Shown in pieces: positions 20,208 through 29,654 of a stretch of DNA of 64,000 nt. The notes under the pieces were generated by a model. It saw nothing but the letters and a program-made list of their open reading frames with translations. It was not told the origin of the DNA and did not search any database. Location of the stretch: positions 15,190 to 79,189 of the IMG/VR virus record IMGVR_UViG_3300042505_000794, one strand, 5' to 3'. How positions within the stretch are numbered: position 1 is the stretch's first letter; each line of letters begins with the position of its first letter. The position numbers and the translations under genes were made by a program. The stretch is from a virus.

Positions 20208-21296
20208 ATGAATTTTGACGGTATCAAGCTCGTTGAGGGATCAGCTAACTACAATATTGTAGCTACGACTCTAACACAGTCTCAACGACAATCCTTGCAA
20301 ACCCTTGAACTAGGTGAAATTATATATGTTACAGATGGAACTGCCCCAGGTATACAAGTGTATAACGGTTCCGGATGGAGTAATTTATCATTAGTGACAG
20401 CTACAAATACTTCAGTTACACCTACCGGTGGTATATCAGCAACTAATGTTCAATCTGCGTTAGCAGAACTAGATACAGAAAAAGCATCTGCAAGCTCATT
20501 ATCAACTGTTGCAGTATCTGGTCTATATGCTGATTTATCAAATAAACCTGATTTAGCTTTAAAAGCTGACTTAGTAAACGGTAAAGTCCCATCATCGCAA
20601 ATACCAGATTCAGTATTAGGTCAACTTGAATACCAAGGTGTTTGGGATATGTCTGTTGCTATGCTACCCGCCGCTCCAGAAAATAAAGGACATTATTATG
20701 TAGCCAATGCGGCAGGTAATGGCTATAATGTCGGTGATTGGGCTGTAAGTAACGGTATGACTTGGGATAAAGTAGATAATACTGACTCTGTTTTCTCGGT
20801 CAACGGGTATACTGGAACTGTAACTATTACAAAAACTGATATAGGTTTAGGGAACGTTAATAATACGTCAGACGCAAATAAACCAATTAGTACCGCTGCA
20901 CAAACAGCATTAGATCTTAAAGCTAATCTAGCTGGCGCTTCATTTACAGGAAATGTTGGTACCTCAGGTACAATATCGGATGGCATAGGTAATGTTCGAG
21001 CTATTCCTCAAAATCTACAATCAGCAGCGTACACATTAGTCGCATCAGATGCTGGTAAACATATTAATCTTACGACAGGCGGAGTAACAATACCTGCAGG
21101 TGTATTTGCTATTGGAGACTGTATCATTATTTACAATGATAGTTCGACAACTCAAACGATAACTTGTACAGCTGTTACTGCGTACGTTAGTGGTACTAAT
21201 GCAGTAAAATCTACGGTTATTTTAGCAGCTAGAGGGTTAGCGACGTTAATGTTTAACAGATTAACAGATGTAGTTATCTCAGGTGACGTTACCTAA
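20208..21296 (+). CDS. Fibre/structural protein, paralogous family
   Basis: Shared N-terminal LxEGS..N domain; GDWAVSNG module; IPQN..AYT C-terminal domain. Confidence 0.8.
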   Translation: MNFDGIKLVEGSANYNIVATTLTQSQRQSLQTLELGEIIYVTDGTAPGIQVYNGSGWSNLSLVTATNTSVTPTGGISATNVQSALAELDTEKASASSLSTVAVSGLYADLSNKPDLALKADLVNGKVPSSQIPDSVLGQLEYQGVWDMSVAMLPAAPENKGHYYVANAAGNGYNVGDWAVSNGMTWDKVDNTDSVFSVNGYTGTVTITKTDIGLGNVNNTSDANKPISTAAQTALDLKANLAGASFTGNVGTSGTISDGIGNVRAIPQNLQSAAYTLVASDAGKHINLTTGGVTIPAGVFAIGDCIIIYNDSSTTQTITCTAVTAYVSGTNAVKSTVILAARGLATLMFNRLTDVVISGDVT

Positions 21297-21350
21297 TGTA
21301 TCAGGTATATAAATAAAACGATGTTATATAATTAAATCAGGAGCTATACA

Positions 21351-23465
21351 ATGTTAGCAGATGGCTACCAATTAGCAGAAGGTACCTCAATAACCAATTT
21401 GGTACTAACCAACGTTACCGAAATTCAAAAACTAGCTTTACCTACACCTAGCATAGGTGAAATCGTATATCAAACTAATAACAATAACGGGGTATACGTT
21501 TATACAGGTACTGAATGGGTTAAGACCGCAACCGGTAGTGGTAATTTAACTTTACCCGCTTTTACTGGAGATATTGTATCAGATGTCGGGTCAAACGTAC
21601 TACGATTATCCAATATTACAACCGCAGGTACATACACTAAAGTAACAGTTGATGCTAAAGGTCGTATATACTCAGGGCTATCACCAACACTAATAGCTGG
21701 GTTGGGTATTACGGACGTATATACAAAAACTGAAATAGACACTCAAATGAGAGTAACATCTATTAACGGTAAAAAAGGAGTAATATCTAAATTAGCTCCC
21801 ACAGATATCAGTGGACTTTCCGCAAGTGCTACAACTGATACTACGAATGCAGCAAATATTAGTACCGGTGTATTATCTCCAGCTAGAATGCCAGTGTTTA
21901 CAGGTGATCTTCTCAACTCCCGCGATGATACATCCGTTGTATTGAGATCTATTACATCTAGTGGTACCTATAATAAAGTATCTGTTAATTCAAAAGGTTT
22001 AGTCACCAGTGGATCTGTTGAAACAACGTTGGCTGGATTAGGTATAACAGACGGTGTTAGCTCCAGTATGTTACCATCAGGTAACGCAACTACCTCACAA
22101 TTAGTAAGAGGTAACGATACACGGTTAAATGATGCAAGACCACCTACAGCACATACACATTACGCTACCGACGTCGTCGACTTATCATCCTTGATAATTG
22201 ATTCTATTTCGACAGCTATACAAAATAATAATGACGCTCTTAGAAATGGTGTATCATCCAATGGAGATACATTAAGAAAATTATATGATTTGATTACTGC
22301 AGGTACAATTCAAATTCCGGTACCTAATATTGCTGCAAGAGATGAATTGAATATTACCTCGATGTCTGTAACAGTATTTGTTGAAAATGATACGAATGGT
22401 GCATGGGCTGTATATAAGCCTACGTCACTCGGTATCAATGCAAATTATATGAAGCTTACCGATAAAGCTAGTTTAACTACTGCTACCGGTACATCTGTAG
22501 AAATCGTAGCAAATAAAGATACAGATGGTACGTTTAGTATGAATAGCGATATTCGGTACCCCTCTCAACGCGCTGTAAAAACTTACATTGATAACCGTAT
22601 ACGAGCAGCTGGACCGCAAACAACTGGAGCTATAGCATCTAGTGTTCATTCTATCAATGGTTATACACCAGATTTAACCGGTGATGTCGTTTTACCAAAC
22701 GTTTTATCAATTAACGGGTATAGTCCTAATGTTAACGGGTATGTATCAATACCTATCATTGAATCTATCAACGGATTGTCTCCAGATATTAACGGTGATA
22801 TTACACTATCAAGTATTCTAGCTATTAATGGTTTCGTTCCAGATGGTACTGGTAGCATTAATTTTGATTATATATCTAGTATCAATGGACGTACCGGAAC
22901 TATTAGTAAAATCTTACCTGGTGATACGAGTGGGATTTTCAACTCATCTACCGGAAAAGTTCTTTCATCGTTGATGCCTGCTTTTTCAGGAGATGCTACA
23001 TCTAATCCTGGGACTACGACACTAACCTTAAAAGATATGCCTAATTTATCAGCTGGTATATACAATGCGGTATCCGTTGATACCAAGGGTCGTGTTGTAG
23101 CTGGGCAATTTGTCAATTATGTAACATCTGATGCTAGCACGTTACAGTCCGGTACTATTAGCGGTGAACGATTACCCGCATTCTATGGTGATATCACAAC
23201 CGATGGTAGTACAGCTGAATTACGATTAACCCCTGTACCAAACTTAACACCTGGTACATATAATAGTGTGTCTGTAGATAATAAAGGTCGGGTCACACAA
23301 GGTGGTGTATTGGATACACTACCTGTAACCGTTGTTCGTCGTGGTAGACCTAATGTATCGTACAATATACCTATTGGAAATTTAGCAGGTTATGATTCTC
23401 TACCACTGATAGTAAGACGTCGCAATGGGTCTATTATGAATTATACTGTACCAACTAACTTATAA
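21351..23465 (+). CDS. Fibre protein, short paralog of the 2822-aa protein
   Basis: Collinear with the first ~300 aa of the giant protein and shares its C-terminal LPVxVxRR doublet; SINGxxPD repeats. Confidence 0.8.
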   Translation: MLADGYQLAEGTSITNLVLTNVTEIQKLALPTPSIGEIVYQTNNNNGVYVYTGTEWVKTATGSGNLTLPAFTGDIVSDVGSNVLRLSNITTAGTYTKVTVDAKGRIYSGLSPTLIAGLGITDVYTKTEIDTQMRVTSINGKKGVISKLAPTDISGLSASATTDTTNAANISTGVLSPARMPVFTGDLLNSRDDTSVVLRSITSSGTYNKVSVNSKGLVTSGSVETTLAGLGITDGVSSSMLPSGNATTSQLVRGNDTRLNDARPPTAHTHYATDVVDLSSLIIDSISTAIQNNNDALRNGVSSNGDTLRKLYDLITAGTIQIPVPNIAARDELNITSMSVTVFVENDTNGAWAVYKPTSLGINANYMKLTDKASLTTATGTSVEIVANKDTDGTFSMNSDIRYPSQRAVKTYIDNRIRAAGPQTTGAIASSVHSINGYTPDLTGDVVLPNVLSINGYSPNVNGYVSIPIIESINGLSPDINGDITLSSILAINGFVPDGTGSINFDYISSINGRTGTISKILPGDTSGIFNSSTGKVLSSLMPAFSGDATSNPGTTTLTLKDMPNLSAGIYNAVSVDTKGRVVAGQFVNYVTSDASTLQSGTISGERLPAFYGDITTDGSTAELRLTPVPNLTPGTYNSVSVDNKGRVTQGGVLDTLPVTVVRRGRPNVSYNIPIGNLAGYDSLPLIVRRRNGSIMNYTVPTNL

Positions 23466-23477
23466 GGAGTTTAATAT

Positions 23478-24992
23478 ATGGCAGAGGCCCTAAGCTTGAT
23501 CGAAGGATCTGTAAATGCAAATTTAGTATTTACAAATGTAACCAAAATACAGAAAGAAGCGTTAATTAATTTAGAAAAAGGTGAAACTGTTTATCAAACA
23601 GATGGATCGCCAAGCTTACAACTATATAACGGAACACAGTGGATTGCTATTGACGCAAAAAACGTGGTTGAGTATTCTGACAGTTCTGGTTTCCCTGCAG
23701 TTGGTAGTACTAACACGTTATATATCGACAAAACAAAAAATCTGGTGTACCGTTGGTCAAATTCTCAATACGTAAACATGTCATCTGGGTATGGTAAAGT
23801 TGGGTATGCTGGATTAATTGGTAACGGTGGTGTATCAAGTTTACCTATACCAACCGTAGATATAAAAGGTGTGTATTATGTAGCATCGTCATCAATCACA
23901 TCTCAAAATATTTCACTAAAAAGTGGTGACTGGGCAGTATGTAATGGTACGTCATGGGATAAAATTAACAACAATAATGCAGTTGTAACTGTAAATAGTG
24001 TATCTCCTGATATTAGTGGTAACGTCATGTTAACTGCTAATGATATCTCAGGCATTCCAGGTCTATATCAAAATACATTCATCGGTAACCAAACAGCACC
24101 AATATTTGTATCTACTGTGACAACCGGTACAGCACCATTCACCATTAATTCTACCACGGTTGTACCAAATTTAAACGTAAATTTGATAAACGGTGTGACG
24201 GTTTCAGGTACAGCAACCTTAGGACATGCGTTAATAGCTACCAGTGGTACTCAAGCTACTTGGCAAACCTTAGAATCAAAAGCTGATCTTGTTAATGGAA
24301 AAATACCTACTGCTCAATTACCTGATTCGATAGCTGGACAACTACATTATCTAGGTGTACGAAATATGTCAACCGCTTTACCAGCTGCTGCTGGATTAGC
24401 TGGAGGGTATTATATAACATCAGTAGCTGGTAACGGTTATGCTGTAGGTGACTGGGCTATCAGCAATGGCGCATCATGGGATAAAATAGATAATACAGAT
24501 GCGGTATCATCGGTTAATGGAAAAACTGGTGCTGTAACATTAACAAAAGCCGATATTATTTTAGATTCAGTTGACAACACAGCAGATATTAATAAGCCTA
24601 TTAGCACACTAACACAAGCTGCTCTAAACCAAAAAGCGAATTTGTCAGGAGCTACATTTACCGGAGATGTGAATGATAGTAGAGGTAATCTACGAGCTGT
24701 TCCTCAAAATAGTAGAACATCTGCATATACCTTAGCTCTGTCTGATATTGGTAAACATATTAGTATAACAACCGGTGGTATTACAGTACCATCAGGGATT
24801 TTTAGTGTAGGTGATGTTATAGTCATTTATAATAATAGCTCAACAGCTCAACCTATCACTTGTTCATCAGTAACCGCATATATGTCAGGTGTCGACGTTG
24901 TTAAAACCTCAATGTCTATGTCTCCTCGCGGTTTATGTTCTGTTCTATTTTATAGCGCTACGAGTGCTGTTATTTCTGGCGATGTTTATTAA
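23478..24992 (+). CDS. Fibre/structural protein, paralogous family
   Basis: Shared N- and C-terminal domains; two GDWAxxNG modules. Confidence 0.8.
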   Translation: MAEALSLIEGSVNANLVFTNVTKIQKEALINLEKGETVYQTDGSPSLQLYNGTQWIAIDAKNVVEYSDSSGFPAVGSTNTLYIDKTKNLVYRWSNSQYVNMSSGYGKVGYAGLIGNGGVSSLPIPTVDIKGVYYVASSSITSQNISLKSGDWAVCNGTSWDKINNNNAVVTVNSVSPDISGNVMLTANDISGIPGLYQNTFIGNQTAPIFVSTVTTGTAPFTINSTTVVPNLNVNLINGVTVSGTATLGHALIATSGTQATWQTLESKADLVNGKIPTAQLPDSIAGQLHYLGVRNMSTALPAAAGLAGGYYITSVAGNGYAVGDWAISNGASWDKIDNTDAVSSVNGKTGAVTLTKADIILDSVDNTADINKPISTLTQAALNQKANLSGATFTGDVNDSRGNLRAVPQNSRTSAYTLALSDIGKHISITTGGITVPSGIFSVGDVIVIYNNSSTAQPITCSSVTAYMSGVDVVKTSMSMSPRGLCSVLFYSATSAVISGDVY

Positions 24993-25008
24993 TTATCGGT
25001 AAATATTA

Positions 25009-26184
25009 ATGATTTATGAAAATTTAGTTTTAATTTCCGGTTCTGCAAATGCAAACTTAATTTGTACCAGTATTTCGTATGCTGAACGAATAGCATTAAT
25101 GGATTTAGAGCCTGGTGAAATCGTATACCAGTACAATACTTTTGGAACCAATACATCAGGGTTATATATCTATAACGGTACTAACTGGATTCAATTAGGG
25201 TTAAAAGGTGATGGGTTTACAGCTACATTAGCAGATTATAATATCAATAACGCGTATACCGTAACCGATATTAATACTCTGTTACAATCTAAAGCTAGTT
25301 TGGTAAATGGTAAAATACCTGAATCGTCGCTTCCGGATTCGGTACTCGGGCAGTTAAGCTACCAGGGTACATACGATATGGCTGTGGATCTACCAACAGC
25401 TACATTAGCCAATAAAGGTGATTTCTATATTGCTAATAATACAACTACTCAACGTGGGTATTATACCGGAGATTGGGCAATTAGTAACGGCGCAGCTTGG
25501 GAACGGATTGCCAACTCAGGTTTAGTTAGTTCTATTAATAATAGAACAGGTGCAGTAACATTAACCAAATCTGATTTAAGTTTAGGAAATGTAGATAATA
25601 CTGCAGATGTATCTAAGCCTCTAAGTGTAGCAGCTACTAACGCTCTAGCAACAAAACTTAACCTATCCGGTGGTTCACTTACAGGTCCATTAACATCATC
25701 AAGTACCATATGTGACGCTTCAAGTACTGAAATAAGCTATTTAGCAGGTGTGACTAGTTCTATTCAGTCTCAGCTAAATTCAAAAATCAATGGAAGTAGT
25801 CCAACCATTACCGGTACACTAACTGCTCCTACAATCTCTAGTACAACTATTAATTGTACTACAATTTCTGACGCAGCTGGTAATTTACGTAAAATACCTC
25901 AAAATTCACAAACGAGTGCATACACCGCTACATTATCGGATGTAGGTAAACATATTTCTACACCGGTAAGTGTAAATATACCAGCTAATGTTTTTAGTAC
26001 AGGTGACACTTTTATTATTTTTAATAATAGTATCTTACCTCAACTTGTTTCATGTTCAAACGTCACTGCTTACGCTTCTGGAAACACTACCGTACGTACA
26101 TCAGTAACGGTAGCTGCAAAAGGGTTATGTACCGTTCTTACAACTGGCACAAATGAATTTGTACTCGCTGGCGATGTAACTTAG
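25009..26184 (+). CDS. Fibre/structural protein, paralogous family
   Basis: Shares N- and C-terminal domains with the 20208 and 23478 proteins. Confidence 0.8.
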   Translation: MIYENLVLISGSANANLICTSISYAERIALMDLEPGEIVYQYNTFGTNTSGLYIYNGTNWIQLGLKGDGFTATLADYNINNAYTVTDINTLLQSKASLVNGKIPESSLPDSVLGQLSYQGTYDMAVDLPTATLANKGDFYIANNTTTQRGYYTGDWAISNGAAWERIANSGLVSSINNRTGAVTLTKSDLSLGNVDNTADVSKPLSVAATNALATKLNLSGGSLTGPLTSSSTICDASSTEISYLAGVTSSIQSQLNSKINGSSPTITGTLTAPTISSTTINCTTISDAAGNLRKIPQNSQTSAYTATLSDVGKHISTPVSVNIPANVFSTGDTFIIFNNSILPQLVSCSNVTAYASGNTTVRTSVTVAAKGLCTVLTTGTNEFVLAGDVT

Positions 26185-26193
26185 GCTAATATA

Positions 26194-27624
26194 ATGATCA
26201 TTTCAAGTTTTTTTAGTTCAAATTTACGTAGAACTCTAAACTGGGTTACCGCTACGAACCTCGGTAACCAAACAGATAGCACTATAACCCTTGCGTTACA
26301 AACAAATAGATCTTGTACATTTACTATCGTTTCAGTTACACCGAATGATATCAATGTATCAATTTCAAACGGAATATTAACCGTTTCGAATAATCCGAAA
26401 AACAACGTATCTTATTCGATTACCGTACTTGCATCATCAGGTCTTATTAGTGTTAGTAGAACTTTTACGTTTATTGCGTATAATAACCCTCCTACCTGGG
26501 TTACACCTAATAATGTTGTTTTTCCTCCTGTAACCCCTATATCGTATCAGTTACAAGTATCTGACTCTGATACGGCAGCCATTGCATATAGAATAACAGG
26601 CGGTGTATTCCATAATAATGTTCAAATGAGCATTAGCGGATTAATTACCGGTACTAATACGTTTGACAATCTTGATAGAATTGTATCCATTGAAGCTACT
26701 GATGGTGTTACATACCTATCTCGAACTTTCACATTTTATATGTCGCCGTACCAAGTCACTTTATCTTTCCCTACAGCTACTACGGTACCGACATCATCTG
26801 CAACCGGTATGGGACCCATTAATATTAATGATTCGTGGCTTAACGGTTCAACATCAGGTTGGATAGGTGGACGTAAATCTGATTTAATTGTACGGTACCT
26901 TGGAAATAGATCATATCCAGGACCTCAGGGTTATTTGAATGAGGGACTTGGTAATGGCAGTGAACCTACGGTTACCGTCAATCTAACCAATTCTAATATT
27001 AATACACTGTCAGTTGAATTTAACGGTATTATTGCTGGTCCATGGGGTAGGAAAGGTGAAAATCATAAGTATGCAGGTGATTACTATTTCCCTGGTAATG
27101 ATTTTTCTGGTACAAGCGGTGGTACAGGTCTCGCAATATATTGTCGAGGGAATTATGTTTTCACCGGGGGAGTATTTGGAGGTGCAGCTGGTGGGGGAGC
27201 GGGGGGCGGTGGCTTAAACTCCGGTACATATCCTGGAGGTGGTAACGGTGGTAGTGGTGGACCAGCTATTGTAATTTACAGTCAAGGTGTTAACATAATC
27301 AACAACTCCCAATTCGGTATCGGTGGTGGCGGTGGCGGTGGCGGGGGTGGTTGGGGATCATCAATTGATGGCGCAAGCGATGGAGTGTCCGGCGGTAACG
27401 GTAACCCGTATTACGGTGATAGTGGTAGTGGAGGTGGTGGTACCGGTACTGGAGCTACAGTCGGTGGTGCGGGTGGGTCATACGGCAATCCAGGTTCCAA
27501 CGGTGGTTTACATTCTAGCGGTCAATATTCTCGAGGTGGTGCAGCTGGTCCTGCTATAATGTCACCGTATGGGTATCCGTATACAATAACAGGTACTGGT
27601 GCAGTATTTGGTACAGTAGCGTAA
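26194..27624 (+). CDS. Glycine-rich fibre tip/adhesin with Ig-like N-terminal region
   Basis: Beta-rich N-terminal repeats; polyglycine C-terminal half resembling gp38-type adhesins. Confidence 0.65.
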   Translation: MIISSFFSSNLRRTLNWVTATNLGNQTDSTITLALQTNRSCTFTIVSVTPNDINVSISNGILTVSNNPKNNVSYSITVLASSGLISVSRTFTFIAYNNPPTWVTPNNVVFPPVTPISYQLQVSDSDTAAIAYRITGGVFHNNVQMSISGLITGTNTFDNLDRIVSIEATDGVTYLSRTFTFYMSPYQVTLSFPTATTVPTSSATGMGPININDSWLNGSTSGWIGGRKSDLIVRYLGNRSYPGPQGYLNEGLGNGSEPTVTVNLTNSNINTLSVEFNGIIAGPWGRKGENHKYAGDYYFPGNDFSGTSGGTGLAIYCRGNYVFTGGVFGGAAGGGAGGGGLNSGTYPGGGNGGSGGPAIVIYSQGVNIINNSQFGIGGGGGGGGGGWGSSIDGASDGVSGGNGNPYYGDSGSGGGGTGTGATVGGAGGSYGNPGSNGGLHSSGQYSRGGAAGPAIMSPYGYPYTITGTGAVFGTVA

Positions 27625-27633
27625 AAAATAACT

Positions 27634-27670
27634 AAAACTCTAATGTCCCTAACGTTAGAGTTTTTATTTT
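27634..27670 (+). terminator. Intrinsic terminator
   Basis: AAAACTCTAATG...CGTTAGAGTTTT hairpin plus T tract. Confidence 0.7.
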
Positions 27671-27761
27671 TATACTAAATAGATACGTAACAGTTTAAAA
27701 ATTAAACTTTTACAACAATTAAAAACCCCTTTCCAAACAAAATAATATTAAGGAAAATATT

Positions 27762-28712
27762 ATGGCATGGGACGAACCAATAAAATTTAATCATGGAGTT
27801 GATAAAATGGTCGATACAGTTATAGCACAACCTTCTCAAGACGGTATGTTCGGTGGTGGCACTTTAGGTGCTGTTCTTTTAGGTTCATTATTACCTCGTT
27901 TAGTAGGCAATGGTGCTGATGCAGCTGCAGTCGCAGCTTCACAAAACAATGCTGGTACTAACCAAATCTTACAAGCTTTAAATCAAGGTCAAAACGCTAC
28001 ATCAACACAAATCATTACACAAGACGTTAACCGTTTAGGTAAAGATATTGCTACTAGCGCAGCAGCTACTCAAGCTACTGTTGCGGCAGGTAATTTAAAT
28101 AATACCGTTGCAATGTTACAGGGCCAAAATAGTTTATCTAATACTATTCTTAATACAGCTGCTGATCTTACTGCTGGTTTAAATAATTCACGCAATGGCG
28201 TTATTGATGCCGTAAATCAAGCAACTAATATGCTTGATGCAGATTTACACGGTATGGCTAGTAACATGACCGCTGGTTTTGGAGCTATTACCGATAACTT
28301 AAATCGTTCTACTCTAGCTAATTTACAAGCTGCGCATGACAATGAAGTTGCTACTTTAACATCTGCGTACGCAATTCAAACAGCAATTACAAATGACGGT
28401 TCAAAAACTCGTGATTTGATTAACGGTTATAATGTTGCTGATTTGAATCGTCAAATCGTTGTAGCTGAAAATCGTGTTGCTGAATTATTAGGTGACAATC
28501 GTCATGCAAGAAGTACTGCTGATATTATCATCAATAACAACAACAATGCTACTGCAGTTGCAACCGCAATGCAACAACAACAGCAACAACAACAAATCGG
28601 TGCATTAACCGGTACTTTACATACATTGTTAGGTCATGTTCAATCTATTAACCAAACAGTTGTTAACACAGGTACAATGCGCGGCAATGCTTTAACTCCG
28701 GTGCAAGCGTAG
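27762..28712 (+). CDS. Ala/Asn/Gln-rich coiled-coil protein with an N-terminal Gly-rich hydrophobic segment
   Basis: GMFGGGTLGAVLLGSLL; long heptad region; DGSKTRDLI; second in-frame start with GGAG RBS at 27807. Confidence 0.75.
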   Translation: MAWDEPIKFNHGVDKMVDTVIAQPSQDGMFGGGTLGAVLLGSLLPRLVGNGADAAAVAASQNNAGTNQILQALNQGQNATSTQIITQDVNRLGKDIATSAAATQATVAAGNLNNTVAMLQGQNSLSNTILNTAADLTAGLNNSRNGVIDAVNQATNMLDADLHGMASNMTAGFGAITDNLNRSTLANLQAAHDNEVATLTSAYAIQTAITNDGSKTRDLINGYNVADLNRQIVVAENRVAELLGDNRHARSTADIIINNNNNATAVATAMQQQQQQQQIGALTGTLHTLLGHVQSINQTVVNTGTMRGNALTPVQA

Positions 28713-28865
28713 AAAGATCTTTTACAGGATACTCTAGACCTAAGTATGGGTTACGTCTGTTAAGATAGTATGCCAATGGTGACTAAGCAGCTTGCGCTTA
28801 GTCATCGTATATGACTTATTACAACATGTAATAAATACCATATTTGATTAGTAAAGGGAATTTTT

Positions 28866-29255
28866 ATGTATAATCCGAATATTGACACAACAATTGCATC
28901 AATCCAATCGTTATTAGGCAACCTTAAAACAGCTGCACAATCACCGTACGCAGCTCCAACCTCACCATTTCCAAACAATTTTCAGGAAATGATAGACTCA
29001 GCTGTATCGAAATCTCTTGGAAATATCGCTAATGTTATTCCAAAACCTGAACAAGCTTTGACACCCCAACCAGATCCAAACTCTTTAGAAGCAAAAATTA
29101 ATCAATTCGCTGAAATGTTGCTCACACCTGACCAAATTAAATGGTTAAGTGACCCAACAATTATCAGTGGCTTGCCATTGTTTTTAAAATCTGAGAAAGG
29201 TAAGGCAGCTGTAGGTTTGCTATTTTCAGAGTACCAGGATTATGTAAATAGGTAA
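28866..29255 (+). CDS. Hypothetical Pro/Gln-rich protein
   Basis: AAGGGA RBS; TAAATA upstream. Confidence 0.65.
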   Translation: MYNPNIDTTIASIQSLLGNLKTAAQSPYAAPTSPFPNNFQEMIDSAVSKSLGNIANVIPKPEQALTPQPDPNSLEAKINQFAEMLLTPDQIKWLSDPTIISGLPLFLKSEKGKAAVGLLFSEYQDYVNR

Positions 29256-29293
29256 CACTAAATATAAATTGAAAACGTTAAAAGGAATTTATC

Positions 29294-29509
29294 GTGAAAA
29301 AAACAGCTACAAATAACACACAAACAATTCAGTACACAGTCATCGAAGATGTTAATTTACCATCAACCGTAATTGTAACTGACACAGAAGGGAATCAATA
29401 TTCTGTTTGCTCATCAGCACAGGTAGGCGACGTTTTAGTATTTACTGATACCGTTGAACAACCTACATTTATGTCCCTTGAATCTTTTTCGGTGGGACGG
29501 ACACTTTAA
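29294..29509 (+). CDS. Hypothetical protein
   Basis: AAGGA RBS, GTG start. Confidence 0.6.
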   Translation: MKKTATNNTQTIQYTVIEDVNLPSTVIVTDTEGNQYSVCSSAQVGDVLVFTDTVEQPTFMSLESFSVGRTL

Positions 29510-29531
29510 AGATTAAAAAGGTATAAAAAAT

Positions 29532-29654
29532 ATGACATTTGATAATACTGATACTTCAAAATTGTTATCATGCAATGGTGATATTACCAGTTTAACCGTA
29601 GCATACACATGTAATGCTACATTGAAATATATGTTAAATACGGAAACAGTCTAA
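29532..29654 (+). CDS. Putative 40-aa protein
   Basis: AAGG upstream; TAATG overlap with the gp13-like gene; absent from the ORF track. Confidence 0.35.
   Translation: MTFDNTDTSKLLSCNGDITSLTVAYTCNATLKYMLNTETV

Noticed and set aside
11982-25709. Many minus-strand ORFs inside the fibre genes
   Set aside because: Antisense shadows of repetitive coding sequence; no RBS or recognisable motifs
20990-26184. Diversity-generating retroelement TR/VR among the shared fibre C-termini
   Set aside because: No reverse transcriptase in the window; the differences look like ordinary paralog divergence, not adenine-specific changes
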